Shown one piece after another: positions 28,168 to 38,932 of a stretch of DNA of 64,000 nt. The number at the start of each line of letters is the position of its first letter. Within the stretch, counting starts at the first letter, position 1. A program made the translations under genes and the position numbers. Below the pieces are notes generated by a model that searched no databases, was not told where the DNA came from, and worked only from the letters and a program-made list of their open reading frames with translations. This stretch comes from an uncultured Alphaproteobacteria bacterium (lineage in GTDB: Bacteria; Pseudomonadota; Alphaproteobacteria; Rhizobiales; Hyphomicrobiaceae), in the NCBI GenBank assembly GCA_963758625.1, contig CAVWWJ010000028.1, positions 15,256-79,255 of the forward strand, read 5' to 3'.

Positions 28168-29163
28168 CTATTCGGCCGTTTCGATCTTCACTTCATCGGC
28201 GATCTTCTTCCAGGTCGCCATCTCTCCGGCGAGCCAGGCCCTTGCGTCGTCGAGCGACTTGTTGGGCACGACGTTGAAGTTCTGCTTCTTGAATATCTCC
28301 ATGGCGGCAGGTGTCTGCATCGCCACGACGGCAGCGTTCGCGAGCTTCTCCAGCACCTCCTTGGGCGTGCCGGCGGGCGCGAACAGCCCTTGCCAAGCCA
28401 ACGTGCCTACGTCCGGGTAGCCGACCTCCTTCATCGTGGGGACGTCCGGATGCTCGGGCAGGCGCTGGTGGTTGACCAGCGCAAGCGGCTTGATCTTGCC
28501 GGCCCGGACCATGGCAGCAGTCGAGGCGACGTTGAGGAACACGGCCTGCGTGTCGCCGGTGACCATGTCGTTGATGACGCCGGATGCGCCCGCCTTGTTG
28601 TGGATGGCGATCATGTCGAGGTCGCCGGCGCGCTTGGCGAAAAGCGCCATGTCGTAGTGGGGATAGGAGCCGGCGCCGACGGTGCCGTAGCGCACCTTGC
28701 CCGGATTCTTCTTGGCCTGGTCGATCAGCTCGGCGACCGTCTTGATCGGGAAGTTCGTCGTCGTGACGAGCAGGAATGCCGGGATGTCGACCAGGCGCTG
28801 CACCGGCACAACGTCCTTTTCATAGTCGATCTTGTATCTCTTGCGGTAGAGCACCGGCGCAATGGCGTTGGTCGTGACGTTGCCGACCATCAAGGTGTGG
28901 CCGTCGGGTTTGGCGCGCGCCATCTCCTCGACCGCGATGATGCCGTTGGCGCCGGGCTTGTTCTCGACCACCACCGGCTGGCCGAGGAGCGTGCGCATCT
29001 GCTCGCCTATGATGCGCGCCACGATGTCGGTCGCGCCGCCCGGTGCGTAGGGCACCAGAATCTTGACCGGCCTGTCGGGGTAGGCCGCGGATTGCGCTCC
29101 AGCCTCGACGCCTCCTAGCGCGAGACCCACGACACACAGCAGCACAGCTGGGAATGCTCTCAA
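28168..29163 (-). CDS. tctC: Bug-family substrate-binding protein TctC
   Basis: The 331-aa ORF is intact. There is a signal peptide, then AQSAAYPDRPVKILVPYAPGGATDIVARIIGEQMRTLLGQPVVVENKPGANG. Confidence 0.9.
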   Translation of the reverse strand: MRAFPAVLLCVVGLALGGVEAGAQSAAYPDRPVKILVPYAPGGATDIVARIIGEQMRTLLGQPVVVENKPGANGIIAVEEMARAKPDGHTLMVGNVTTNAIAPVLYRKRYKIDYEKDVVPVQRLVDIPAFLLVTTTNFPIKTVAELIDQAKKNPGKVRYGTVGAGSYPHYDMALFAKRAGDLDMIAIHNKAGASGVINDMVTGDTQAVFLNVASTAAMVRAGKIKPLALVNHQRLPEHPDVPTMKEVGYPDVGTLAWQGLFAPAGTPKEVLEKLANAAVVAMQTPAAMEIFKKQNFNVVPNKSLDDARAWLAGEMATWKKIADEVKIETAE

Positions 29164-29250
29164 TTGGTCCTCCCACGATTTGTCTTTCGTTGGTATCGGG
29201 GCGTTCGTCGCCCCAGTTGCCCGACGGCCCGGGCTATTGCAGCAAGGACC

Positions 29251-29655
29251 GCCTACTCGGCTTTGCGGCCATGCAGGCTGTGCGATGTGTCCTTGACGGT
29301 GAAGAAGAGCACGTCTGCGTCAGGCGTCGCCTCTCCCGAATGCACCACGTCGGCTGGAACGTAGACGACGGAGCCGGCCCGGGCGGTAATCTTCCTGCCG
29401 CCGATATCCGCCTCGAAGGTGCCCTCGAGTATGTCAGATCCACTGCTCGTTGGGATGGCTGTGGGGCTCCGCGCCGGTGCCGGCTGCCATCCGCATCAGG
29501 GCCACCATCATCCGATCGCCCTCGACGCAGGCTCCCGTGGCCGTCGAGTACTCAGGGCCCCCCTTTATCTGGTCGAGGCCGGCCAGCTCGAAGTGATGTT
29601 CGCCCGGGCCCGCGCGCCTGGCGCCCGGAGTCCTTGCTGCCATGGCTCGGTGCAT
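29251..29655 (-). pseudogene. Cupin-domain protein, one frame break
   Basis: ORF 29434..29691 ends ...GAEPHSHPNEQWI*. The continuation ILEGTFEADIGGRKITARAGSVVYVPADVVHSGEATPDADVLFFTVKD...GRKAE* is in the next frame. The junction reads TGGATCT[G]ACATACTC, where one extra G creates the TGA. Confidence 0.65.
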
Positions 29656-29706
29656 GATGGGTCCTTCCCCATGTGAAGGCCACGAGACCAAGGAGCCGCA
29701 GGTGTG

Positions 29707-30711
29707 CTAGGCAACCTCGTGCAACAGCGCCCTGGCCGCGCCGCCCAGAATAGTGGCTTTGTCGGGCTCGGCAAGCGACAGGGCACGCACCTGCCGCACG
29801 CAATCGGGCGCGCCCATGTCGTAGGGGTAGTCGCTGCCGAGCAGGACGCGCGCTGCGCCGGCGCTCGACACCAGAAACTCGAGCGCAGGCTGGCTGTGCA
29901 CGATGGTGTCGAAATAGAGCCGGTCGAGGGCGGCGTCGGGCGGCGTCTTCAGGGTCGCCCGCGGCTCCGGGCGCACCTGCCAGCCGTGTCTGAACCTGCC
30001 CGCCTGGTAGGGGACGAAGCCGCCGCCGTGCACCATCAGGAACCTGATACCGGGATAGCGATCGATGACGCCGCCGAACACCAGGCAGGCCGCGGCGATG
30101 GTCGTGTCGAGCGGGTTGCCGATGAGGTTCACAAGGTAGTACGAGCCGAGCCGGTCCGCCCCGGCGACCTGGGTCGGATGCACCAATACGAAGGCACGCA
30201 GCTCGTTGGCCGCCGCCCACAGAGGCTCGAGCGCAGGGTCGTCCAGGTTGCGGCCGTTGACGTTGGAGCCGATCTGCGCGCCCTTCAGCCCCAGGCTGCG
30301 GACGGCACGGCGCAGCTCGTCGGCGGCCAGCGCGGGCGCCTGCATCGGCAGCGTCGCGAGGCCGATCAGCCGCTTCGGATTGGCGGCTACCGCCTTGGCG
30401 ATCTCATCGTTCTGCAGCCCCGCCAAAGTTGCGGTGAGCGAGGGGTCCTGATTGTAGAGGAACGTCTGCGGCGTGTTGCAAACGATCTGCGTGTCGACGC
30501 CAGCCGCGTCCATGTCGCTCAGTCGCCGCTGCATGTCCCAGCCGCCGCGCGGAAACGGCCGATAGCGGCTTCCCGCCACGTCCAGTATCGCGAAATCGTC
30601 GTCTATGCGCTCCATCCGCGGTCCAATCCGCGGCGCTTCCTTGCGCATGAGAGCCATCGTCTCCTCGGCAAGGATGTGGGCGTGCGCGTCGATCGTTCGC
30701 TGCTCGGGCAT
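29707..30711 (-). CDS. Amidohydrolase_2-family metal-dependent hydrolase/decarboxylase (ACMSD/LigW-like)
   Basis: The 334-aa ORF is intact. It has the N-terminal metal motif IDAHAHIL, then [20 protein letters not shown] and the C-terminal LLGSDYPYD. Confidence 0.85.
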   Translation of the reverse strand: MPEQRTIDAHAHILAEETMALMRKEAPRIGPRMERIDDDFAILDVAGSRYRPFPRGGWDMQRRLSDMDAAGVDTQIVCNTPQTFLYNQDPSLTATLAGLQNDEIAKAVAANPKRLIGLATLPMQAPALAADELRRAVRSLGLKGAQIGSNVNGRNLDDPALEPLWAAANELRAFVLVHPTQVAGADRLGSYYLVNLIGNPLDTTIAAACLVFGGVIDRYPGIRFLMVHGGGFVPYQAGRFRHGWQVRPEPRATLKTPPDAALDRLYFDTIVHSQPALEFLVSSAGAARVLLGSDYPYDMGAPDCVRQVRALSLAEPDKATILGGAARALLHEVA

Positions 30712-30777
30712 GTCGTTTCCCTCGAACTGTCAGCGTTCTTGGCACCAAAGGCGGAGCGCTGAGGCACAGATGCCTGC

Positions 30778-32165
30778 TCAGAACGCGAACTCGGTGAAGA
30801 GCGGGCTGGTGCTGCCGCGCCATTCGCGCGCGAAGCGGGCCAGCATTTCCTCGGCGGGCGAGCAGCCCTCGCGCAGGATCGTCTCGACCGGCTCCAGGAA
30901 GCGCGTCTCGTCGTTGCCCTGCGCATCGAGCAACCCGCGGCGGGCGAGGCCCGCTTTGGCGATCGCAAGCGCGGCGCGCGCCACGTCGAGCACGCTGCCC
31001 CGGCGGAACGGGGTGCGCAGCCCCGTGCGGGGCACGCTCGTCGCGCAACGCCTGGCGCTCCTCCGCGCTCCAGTCCTTCACGAGGTCCCAGGCCGCATCG
31101 AGCGAGGTCTGATCGTAGAGCGAGCCCGGTCCAGAAGGCGGGCACGGCGCAGATGCGCCGCCAGCGCCCGCCATCGGCTCCGCGCATCTCGAGGAAGCGC
31201 TTCATGCGCACCTCGGGGAACAAGCGTCGTGAGGTGGTCCGACCAGTCGTCCAGCGTGGGGCGCTCGCCCGGCAGCGCGCGAGCTTGCCGGCCATGAAAT
31301 CCCTGAAGGAGGCGCCAGCGACGTCGATGTATCGCCCGTCGCGGTAGACGAAGTACATCGGCACGTTGAGCGCGTAGTCGGCGTAGCGCTCGAAGCCCAT
31401 GCCGGGCTCGAACACGAAGGGCAGCATGCCCGTGCGCGCATTGTCGGTGTGAGCGCCACACCTCGCTGCGCAGCGACAGGAGGCCGTTGGGTTTGCCCTC
31501 GGTGAACGGCGAGCAGGCGAAGATGGCGGTGGCGACGGGCTGCAGGGCCAGCGACACGCGGAACTTCTTCACCATGTCGGCCTCGTCCGCGAAGTCGAGG
31601 TTCACCTGGATGGTGCAGGTCCGGTACATCATGTCGAGCCCGCGGGTGCCGACCTTGGGCATGTAGCGGGTCATCACCTCGTAGCGCTGCTTGGGCATGC
31701 GCGGCGTCTCGGCCAGCGTCCAGTTGGGCGAGAAGCCGACGCCGAGAAAGCCGATGCCGAGCGGCGCACCGGCGGTGCGGCACTGGTCGAGGTGCGCCTG
31801 CGTCTCGGCGCCGACCTCGTGCACGGTGCGCAGCGGCTCGCCGGACAGCTCGAACTGGCCGCCGGGCTCCAGCGACACGGTGCCGCCGGGCTCGCCCTCC
31901 GGCCGCTTGAGCGCGATGATGTTGTCGCCCTCGCGGATCGGCAGCCAGCCGAACCGGTCGATCAGGCCCTGCATGAGCGCGCGCACGCCGCGCGGCCCCG
32001 CATAGGGCACCGGCTTCAGGCTATCCACGTGGAACAGGAACTTCTCGTGCTCGGTGCCGATGCGCCACTCGCTGGCCGCGGCTTGGAGCCCGCCGCGATC
32101 CAGGCGACAAGGTCGTCCCGCGAGCCCACCGGCTGGCTCGGCATGTTGTCCTGGCGTGTGGACAT
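30778..32165 (-). pseudogene. gshA: Glutamate-cysteine ligase (plant/alphaproteobacterial GCS2 type), multiple frame breaks
   Basis: The pieces run in this order. MSTRQDNMPSQPVGSRDDLVAWIAAGSKP is in the frame of 32016..32393. DSLKPVPYAGPRG...LEPGGQFELSGEP...GLDMMYRTCTIQVNLDF...SLRSEVW is in 31078..32028. [38 protein letters not shown] and [18 protein letters not shown] are in 30603..31427. [21 protein letters not shown] is in 30404..31174. ...[16 protein letters not shown]...PLFTEFAF* is in 30778..31035. Confidence 0.85.
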
Positions 32166-32268
32166 CGGGTTTTTTCTTGTCCTGGTCCGAAGCTGGGTCG
32201 GGGCTGCCGCGCCTGAACCCTTGTTAGTTGAAAAGCATTGCCGCGCACAAGCCTTGTCGCCGCAGGGG

Positions 32269-33010
32269 CTAACGCCAATCCCCCAGCACGGCATTGACAA
32301 GTGCGAGCGCCGCAACGGCCGCGGTGTCGGCGCGCAGGATGCGCGGACCGAGCGAGATGCGCGTGACGAATGGCTGGGCGGAGAGAAGCTCACGCTCGGC
32401 CGCGTCGAATCCGCCCTCCGGGCCGACCAGCACGGCGACGGGACCGGGCGCGATGCGCGCCAGCGCGGTGAACGGGCAGGCCTCCTCGCTGTCCTCGTCG
32501 CAGAAGACGAGTGGCCGCGCCGCGTCCCAGCCGGCGATGCGCGCGCTCGAGCTGCTCGGGCGCATCACTTGCGGGTATGCGCAGGATGCCGCATTGCTCG
32601 GCCGCCTCGATGGCGTGGGCGCGCATGCGTTCCAGGTTGACGCGCTCGGCGACGGTGCGCCGGGTCAGCACGGGGCGCAGGCGCGCCACGCCCATCTCGG
32701 TGGCCTTCTCGACCATGTAGTCGAGGCGGGCGCGCTTGAGCGGCGCGAACAGGTAGTCGATGTCGGGCCCGCCCTCCTGCGCCCGTCACCGGTCGCCGAC
32801 GACGAGGGCCGCGCCACGCTTGCCCGCCTCGGCGAGCTTGCGCGCCATTCGCCGTCGCGGCCGTTGAAGACGAGGATCGGCATCTCCGGCCCTCAGGCGC
32901 AGGACGTTGCGCAGGTAGTTGGTCTGGGCGGGCGTGCACGCGACGGTGCCGCCCTCGGCGAGGTCGGCATCGACGAACAGGCGCTGGGCGGCGAAGTCGT
33001 AGCGGCTCAT
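32269..33010 (-). pseudogene. rsmE: 16S rRNA (uracil1498-N3)-methyltransferase, frame-disrupted
   Basis: MSRYDFAAQRLFVDADLAEGGTVACTPAQTNYLRNVLRLR is in ORF 32786..33010. ILVFNGRDGEWRA is in ORF 32665..32883. MVEKATEMGVARLRPVLTRRTV...EAAEQCG is in ORF 32390..32716. ...VAVLVGPEGGFDAAE...ISLGPRILRADTAAVAALALVNAVLGDWR* is in ORF 32269..32568. Confidence 0.8.
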
Positions 33011-33171
33011 GGCCGGAGTCTACACGTGAAGCGTGGACGCCGCGACGGTGATAGGTACATGCTGTTCTGGCCCTGCCGGCGCCTCGGCCACGGCCGAGCT
33101 GGAGGATGCCCGCGCAATCGCGCAGCGCATCGCCTGGCGGTGCGGAGCGCTCGTCGCTCTGCGACGCCAAC

Positions 33172-34174
33172 CTAGCGCCCAATTCGCCCCAGCATGTACA
33201 GCTCGGAACGTTCTGGACCCGGCTGCTGCCCGGCAGGCCGCCCTTGCCGAGGTTGTCGAGGCGCGCAACCAGCACGGCCTGGCGGTGCTGCTCGTTGCCG
33301 AACACGCGCAACTCGAGACGGTCCGTGTCGTTGAGCGCCAGGGCGTCGAGGCGCCCGCCCTTCGGCGGCCTGGGCGGCACGACCTTGACGAGGGCGGCAG
33401 CCGGCGTAGTGCGCGGCGAGCGCGGCCTCCAGGTCGCGCGCCTCGGGCTTGCCCGGCAGCGTGTCGAGATGCAGCGGCACGCTCACCAGCATGCCCTGCC
33501 GGAAGTTGCCGACCGAGGGCACGAAGATCGGCCGCCGCCGACGAGCCTGGCGTACTTCTGCAGCTCCGGGCACGTGCTTGTGCTGCAGGTCCGAGCCCGT
33601 AGAGCTCGAAGGCCGGCGCACGGCCGGTCTCGTAGGCCTCGATCATGCTGCGGCCGCCGCCGCTGTAGCCGCTGACGGCGTTGACGGTGACGGGATAGTC
33701 CGCGGGCACAGTCCGGCGTCGACGAGCGGGCGGAGCAGCGCGATGGCGCCGGTCGGATAGCAGCCGGGATTGGAGACGCGCCTCGCCTGCCTGATGGCCG
33801 CCGCCTGGCCGGCATCCATTTCGGGAAAGCCGTAGACCCAGCCCTCGGCGACGCGGTGTGCGGTGCTGGCGTCGACGACCTTGGGGGCGTCGTCGCCGAG
33901 CGATCGCAGCAGCGCCACCGCTTCCATGCGCCGCCTGGTCGGGCAGGCAGAGCACGACGAGGTCGGCCTCGCGCATCATGGCAAGCCGTGCGGCCTCGTC
34001 CTTGCGCCGGTCCGCGGCGATGCTGCGCACCTCGATGCCGGCAACGCCGGCGAGCCGGCGGCGGATTTCCAGGCCCGTGGTGCCGGCCTCGCCATCGATG
34101 AAGACGACCGGCTTGGTGGCGCAGTGGCGCCGACCTTCGACGCTTGTGCTGTTGGCAGCGGTCATGTTCGACAT
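33172..34174 (-). pseudogene. argC: N-acetyl-gamma-glutamyl-phosphate reductase (short type), frame-disrupted
   Basis: [23 protein letters not shown]...[11 protein letters not shown] is in the frame of ORF 33020..34261. [21 protein letters not shown]...[13 protein letters not shown] is in ORF 33643..33927. DLQHKHVPE / [21 protein letters not shown] is in ORF 33172..33621. [28 protein letters not shown] is in ORF 32565..33380. Confidence 0.8.
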
Positions 34175-34405
34175 CGGCTTGAGACTCGGGTGGTTGTGCG
34201 ACGAAAAAGGCCGCATCCGGGGGAGCGGCCTGCGACAGGGATCGAGCAGGCTTTCACGCAACCGTCATCGCAGGCGCGGGCAGCGGGTGCGTCGGAGGGC
34301 GGACTTTGCGAGCGTGACCATGGCGCCTTATGCGAAGGGCGCGCGGTGCTGTCAATGCCGCCGATGGACGGCGGGAGAGAGCGGATCCTGTCGACGGGCC
34401 TCATG

Positions 34406-35090
34406 TCACCGCCCGAGCAGACCTCGGACCCAGCTCGCCCATGTCGGGAGGACAGGTGATGCCCCTTCCAGGGCCGCAGGCGACCTGCGCGAGCCGGCAA
34501 AGATCATGTCGAGGGCAACGTAGAGGATCACGGCCCAGCCGATCCAGGCGATCCACGGGAAAGCGCGCCAGCAGGTTGGCGATGGCGTTGGCCGCCACTG
34601 CCATCAGCAGGATCGCAATGCCGAGGCCAACGATCAGAACCCAGGGGTCGCCCTTGGCGACGCCGGCGACCGCCAGCACGTTGTCGAGCGACATCGACAC
34701 GTCGGCGACGACGATCTGGGTCACGGCGGCGCCGAAGCTCATGGGCAGGCCCGCCGGCTGCCCCGTGGCGCCAGCACGCCGTGGGCGCCCACCCGCTTGG
34801 CGCCGGCGTGCGTCAGCTCCCAGTACATCTTCCAGCACACCCACAAGGAGCAGGAGGCCGCCGGCCAGCAGGAGGCCGACGATGCCGAGCAGATAGGTGG
34901 TGAGGGCGGCGAAGACGACGCGCAGCGCGACGGCGCCGGCAATGCCCCAGAAGATCACCTTCTGCCGCAGCTCGGGCGCCACGCGCGAGGCCGCGAGGCC
35001 GACAATGATGGCGTTGTCGGCGGCGAGCACCACGTCGATCATGATGACCTGGAGCAGCGCGGCGAGGTTCTGCTGGACCCAGTCGATCAT
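34406..35090 (-). pseudogene. TerC-family integral membrane protein, frame-disrupted
   Basis: MIDWVQQNLAALLQVIMIDVVLAADNAIIVGLAA...VIFWGIAGAVALRVVFA...SLDNVLAVAG is in ORF 34401..35204. The tail WIAWIGWAVILYVALDMIFAG is only in another frame. The junction reads TTTCCC[G]TGGATC. Confidence 0.75.
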
Positions 35091-35264
35091 CGGAACGCGC
35101 CCCCAGCGACCCCGGCAACGCAGACCGCACAAATCAGCATTGCACGCAACGCGGCCCCGCCGCCAGCAGTCCCGGCACCACACCCGCCGGCGAAAAGAAC
35201 GCACCTGTCATCCCGGCAATGTCGAGGCGCAGCCGAGAACTGGATCCGGCGACCTCGCTGACCG

Positions 35265-35736
35265 CTACCGCTTGGAGAACTGGAAGCTGCGGCGGGCCTT
35301 CGCGCGGCCGTACTTCTTGCGCTCGACCACGCGGCTGTCGCGGGTGAGGAACCCGCCCTTCTTGAGCACCGGCCTCAGCTCGGGCTCGAAGTAGGTGAGC
35401 GCCTTGGAGATGCCGTGGCGCACCGCGCCGGCCTGACCCGACAGACCGCCGCCCGTGACGGTCGCCATGACGTCGAACTGGTCGAGGCGGTTGGCCGCCT
35501 GCAGCGGCTGCCTGAGCAGCATCTGCAGGACAGGGCGCGCGAAATACTGATCGAACTGCTTGGTGTTGACGGCGATCTTGCCGACTCCGGGCTTGATCCA
35601 GACGCGCGCCACGGCGTTCTTGCGCTTGCCGGTGGCATAGGCGCGGCCCTGTGCGTCGAGCTTCCGTGCGGGCAGCGGACCGCGCCTCGTCGCCCTTCAG
35701 CGCGGCAAGGTCTTCCAGGGTCTTGGACTCGGCCAT
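35265..35736 (-). pseudogene. rpsI: 30S ribosomal protein S9, one frame break near the 5' end
   Basis: ORF 35265..35612 gives [15 protein letters not shown]...[19 protein letters not shown]...[18 protein letters not shown]. The N-terminus [18 protein letters not shown] starts at ATG 35736 in the frame of ORF 35134..36312. Confidence 0.85.
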
Positions 35737-35741
35737 GGCGG

Positions 35742-36204
35742 TCAGGCCCTCGCGTTCTTGCGGTTGAGCGTCTTCACATCCAGCGGCTCGGGCTGCTGCG
35801 CCTCGTGCGGGTGCGCGGCGCCCTTGTAGATCTTGAGGTTGCGCATGAGCTTGCGCTGCTGCGGGCCGCGCTTCAGCATGCGGCCGACGGCAAGCTTGCA
35901 GCACGCGCTCCGGCAACTTGCTGTCGAAAATGCGGCGCGGCGTGCGCTGCTTGAGGCCGCCCGGATAGCCCGTGTGCCGGTAGTAGATCTTGTCGTCGGT
36001 CTTGTTGCCGGTGAAGACGACCTTCTCGGCGTTGATCACGATCACGTTATCGCCGCCGTCGACATGCGGCGTGTAGGTCGCCCTGTGCTTGCCCTTGAGG
36101 CGCATCGCGATCAGCGACGCGAGCCGCCCGACCACCAGCCCCTGGGCGTCGATCAATATCCATTTCTTCTCCGCCTCACCGGGCTTGGCGAAATAGGTTT
36201 TCAT
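35742..36204 (-). pseudogene. rplM: 50S ribosomal protein L13, one frame break
   Basis: [62 protein letters not shown]...[15 protein letters not shown]...LPERVLQ is in ORF 35134..36312. The C-terminus [39 protein letters not shown]...* is in another frame. The junction reads CAAGCT[T]GCCGTC. Confidence 0.85.
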
Positions 36205-36313
36205 GGTCGGCCCCGACCGTTGGCTTGCGACGCGCTGGCTTCTAAGCTGAAGCCGTGCATTCGTCAATGCCAGTAACCTATAAAAAACATCAATAAAATC
36301 AATACTTTGCATG

Positions 36314-36333
36314 TGAGGTAAAATATTACCTCA
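36314..36333. terminator. Perfect palindrome TGAGGTAA-AATA-TTACCTCA in the AT-rich spacer between the thioesterase stop and the rplM start
   Basis: Read directly. It has an 8-bp stem and lies 3 nt downstream of the thioesterase stop on the minus strand. It could be a terminator or an operator for rplM-rpsI. Confidence 0.4.
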
Positions 36334-36335
36334 TC

Positions 36336-36791
36336 TTATCGCCGCGCTGGGAGCGCGTAGTTGGCGATGGCGTGGGCAACCATGTCCGGCACGCCCTGCC
36401 GAATAAATTTCGACCTCGCCGACCGCCAGGCGCCGCCCGAGCCGGATGAGCTTCACGTGCGCCGTCAGGTCGCCGTGCTTCGGGCTTTGCCAGGAAGTTG
36501 ATGGTCAAGCTCGCGGTCACGGCCTCGAAGCCCACCTCGCCGAGCGTGCCGATGATCGCCACATAGATGCTGAAATCGGCCAGCGTGAACATGGCCGCGC
36601 CCGGAGATGGTGCCGCCGGGCCGGGTGTTGCGGGGATCGGCCTGCATGCGCACCCGCGCGCTCCGCGGTCCCGACCTCCTCGATGACGAAGCTGCGGCCG
36701 CCCGAGATGGATTTGGGGGAAGCGGATCGCCATCAAGTCTTCGATACGTTTGGCATCCAGCGGATCGGGGGCCGATGACAGAGATTGACAT
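36336..36791 (-). pseudogene. PaaI/hotdog-fold thioesterase, frame-disrupted
   Basis: The core is RPGGTISG..AAMFTLADFSIYVAIIGTLGEVGFEAVTASLTINFLAKPEAR, then DLTAHVKLIRLGRRLAVGEVEIYSAG, then MVAHAIANYALPARR*. Each piece is in a different frame (ORFs 36465..36791, 36326..36883 and manual translation). Confidence 0.6.
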
Positions 36792-36881
36792 GCCAGCAGT
36801 TGTCCGACTTTGTCTGCTCCTGATCGCCTATAGGACCGGGCCCGAGGATCACAACGCAGCTTCGCCAAGCGAGGACCACCC

Positions 36882-37395
36882 ATGCAGCAAGTGCTTCGCG
36901 CTCTCCCTCACGGCTCTTGCGGCCGCCGTCGCTCGTCTACGCTCGCCGGCCTGGCCTCGGCGCAAGCGCCTGTGAAGCAGATCAAGCTTACCGAGAAGCA
37001 GATCGAGGGCTTCATCGCCGCGCACAAGGACATGGCCGAGGCGCTCGACAAGATGTCGCCCGAGAAGGCCGACGCGGCATGCGGACGCGCAGCTCGACGC
37101 GATTGCGAAGAAGTTCGGCTTCAAGGATCACAACGAGTACGACGAGGTCGCCACCAACATCGCCATGGTGATGTTCGGGATCGACCCCAAGACCAAGGCG
37201 TTCACCGACCCGCCGACCCTGGCCAGGAAGCAGCTGGAGGACGCCAAGGCCGACAAGTCGCTGTCCGAGGAGGAGAGAAAGCAGGTGGTGGAGGACCTGA
37301 CCGAGCAGCTGAAGGTGGTGCAGCCGATCATGCACCCAAGCAACATCGAGCTCGTCAAGAAGTACTTCGACAAGATCGAGCCGCTGCTGCAATAG
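36882..37395 (+). pseudogene. Periplasmic hypothetical protein, frame-disrupted
   Basis: The start MQQVLRAL... and APVKQIKLTEKQIEGFIAAHKDMAEALDKMSPEKA are in ORF 36882... The C-terminus MVMFGIDPKTKAFTDPPTLARKQLEDAKADKSLSEEERKQVVEDLTEQLKVVQPIMHPSNIELVKKYFDKIEPLLQ* is in ORF 37165..37395. Confidence 0.5.
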
Positions 37396-37407
37396 CGGAG
37401 CAGAGCG

Positions 37408-38264
37408 ATGCCGGCAGGCAACGACAGCCGGCGGGAGCGGCGCCTGTCCGCACGGGAGCAGCGACGCTGCCGCTCCTGGTCGCGAGCGAGCGCCGCGAAC
37501 CCGGCATCCTGGTGCTGACGCTGGCGCGGCCCGAAGCGCGCAACAGCCTGTCCCAGGCCATGCTCGCGGCGCTGCAGAGCGCCATCGACGAGGCGTCCGC
37601 GGATGCCGGCGTGCGCAGCGTGGTCATCGCTGCCAAGGGCCCCGCCTTCTGCGCGGGCCACGACCTCAGAGAGCTCACCGCGCACCGGACCGACCCGGAC
37701 GGCGGGCGCGCGTTCACCGCAGCTCCTGATGCGCGCCTGCGCCGCGCTGATGCGCGTCGATCGTGCGCTGCCCCAAGCCGGTGATCGCGGCGGTCGAGGG
37801 CGTGGCCACCGCGGCCGGCTGCCAGCTGGTGGCCACCTGCGATCTCGCCGTCGCATCGCAGACGGCGCGGTTCGCCACGCCCGGCGTCAACATCGGGCTG
37901 TTCTGCTCGACGCCGATGGTGGCGCTGTCGCGCAACGTGCCGCGCAAGCGCGCCATGGAGATGCTGCTGCTCGGCGAGATGCTGGGCCCGCACGAGGCGG
38001 CCGACTACGGGCTCGTCAATCGCGTGGTGCCCGCCGGCGAAGCGCTCGACGAGGCCCTGGACCTTGCCCGCACCCTGGCGTCCAAGCCTCCGGTGACGCT
38101 CGCCATCGGCAAGGAGGCCTTCTACCGCCAGATCGAGATGTCCGCTCGCCGAGGCCTACGACTACGCCGCCGGGGTGATGGTCGAGAACATGATGCACGC
38201 CGAATCCAAGGAGGGGATCGGCGCGTTCCTGGAGAAGCGCGCTCCCGATTGGGACAAGGCCTGA
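37408..38264 (+). pseudogene. Enoyl-CoA hydratase/isomerase family protein, frame-disrupted
   Basis: GILVLTLARPEARNSLSQAMLAALQSAIDEASADAGVRSVVIAAKGPAFCAGHDLRE is in ORF 36882..37784. [29 protein letters not shown]...[17 protein letters not shown] is in ORF 37763..38362. The tail [39 protein letters not shown] is in a third frame. Confidence 0.8.
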
Positions 38265-38289
38265 CGAGGCTGCACCTCCGACCGACGAG

Positions 38290-38723
38290 GCATGCACCCT
38301 CGCCACTCGCGCCAACCGGATTCCACTTGCGCCAACGGATTCCCCCTCCCATCGCCGCGTAGGTGCCGGCGATGCGCCCACGCAGAGAGCGCCGGCGGGG
38401 ATGCTCCAGTGCCGCAGCAGGCGCGCTCTGGCGATGTAGAGCCCGGCGCCTGTCCCTGCGATCGCGACACCGATAGAGCCCAGCGTCCCGGCCACCGCCC
38501 AGCCAAGCGGCACGGGCAGCTTGATGGCCATCAGGCCGACGAGGTGTGCCGCCCAGCTGGTGAGCCCCATGACGAGGCCGCTGTTGGCGAGCGCAAAGCT
38601 CGTGCGCCACGCCCCGAACCGGCGGTCGTACCCGCCCGCGGTGAGCGCGAACGCCGTCTGCGCGCCCAGGATCGCGACCCCGATCGAGAAAAGCACGAGG
38701 ATGGGATCGTAGGTCACGTGCAT
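38290..38723 (-). pseudogene. Small MHYT-type membrane sensor domain protein; 3' end uncertain and probably frame-disrupted
   Basis: MHVTYDPILVLFSIGVAILGAQTAFALTA...ANSGLVMGLTSWAAHLVGLMAIKLPVPLGWAVAGTLGSIGVAIAGTGAGLYIA is in ORF 38016..38960. A further [11 protein letters not shown]-like segment is in the frame of ORF 38122..38610. I see no output domain. Confidence 0.4.
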
Positions 38724-38932
38724 GTTTGGCTCCCCGTCGTCTACAACCTGATACCTGCTATCAGACATAGGAATTTGCATTGCCGCACATGTGGATAAGA
38801 ACAGACGGCGGTCTTTTCCCGCCGCAATTGAGCCTTCACGATGGCGCAATCGACAGTGCGTGACAGATGGCGGTTTCTCCCCCGGTTGCGTCCGGACTTG
38901 ACCCACTTGAGCTGCCCGGAAAGGGAATTGGT

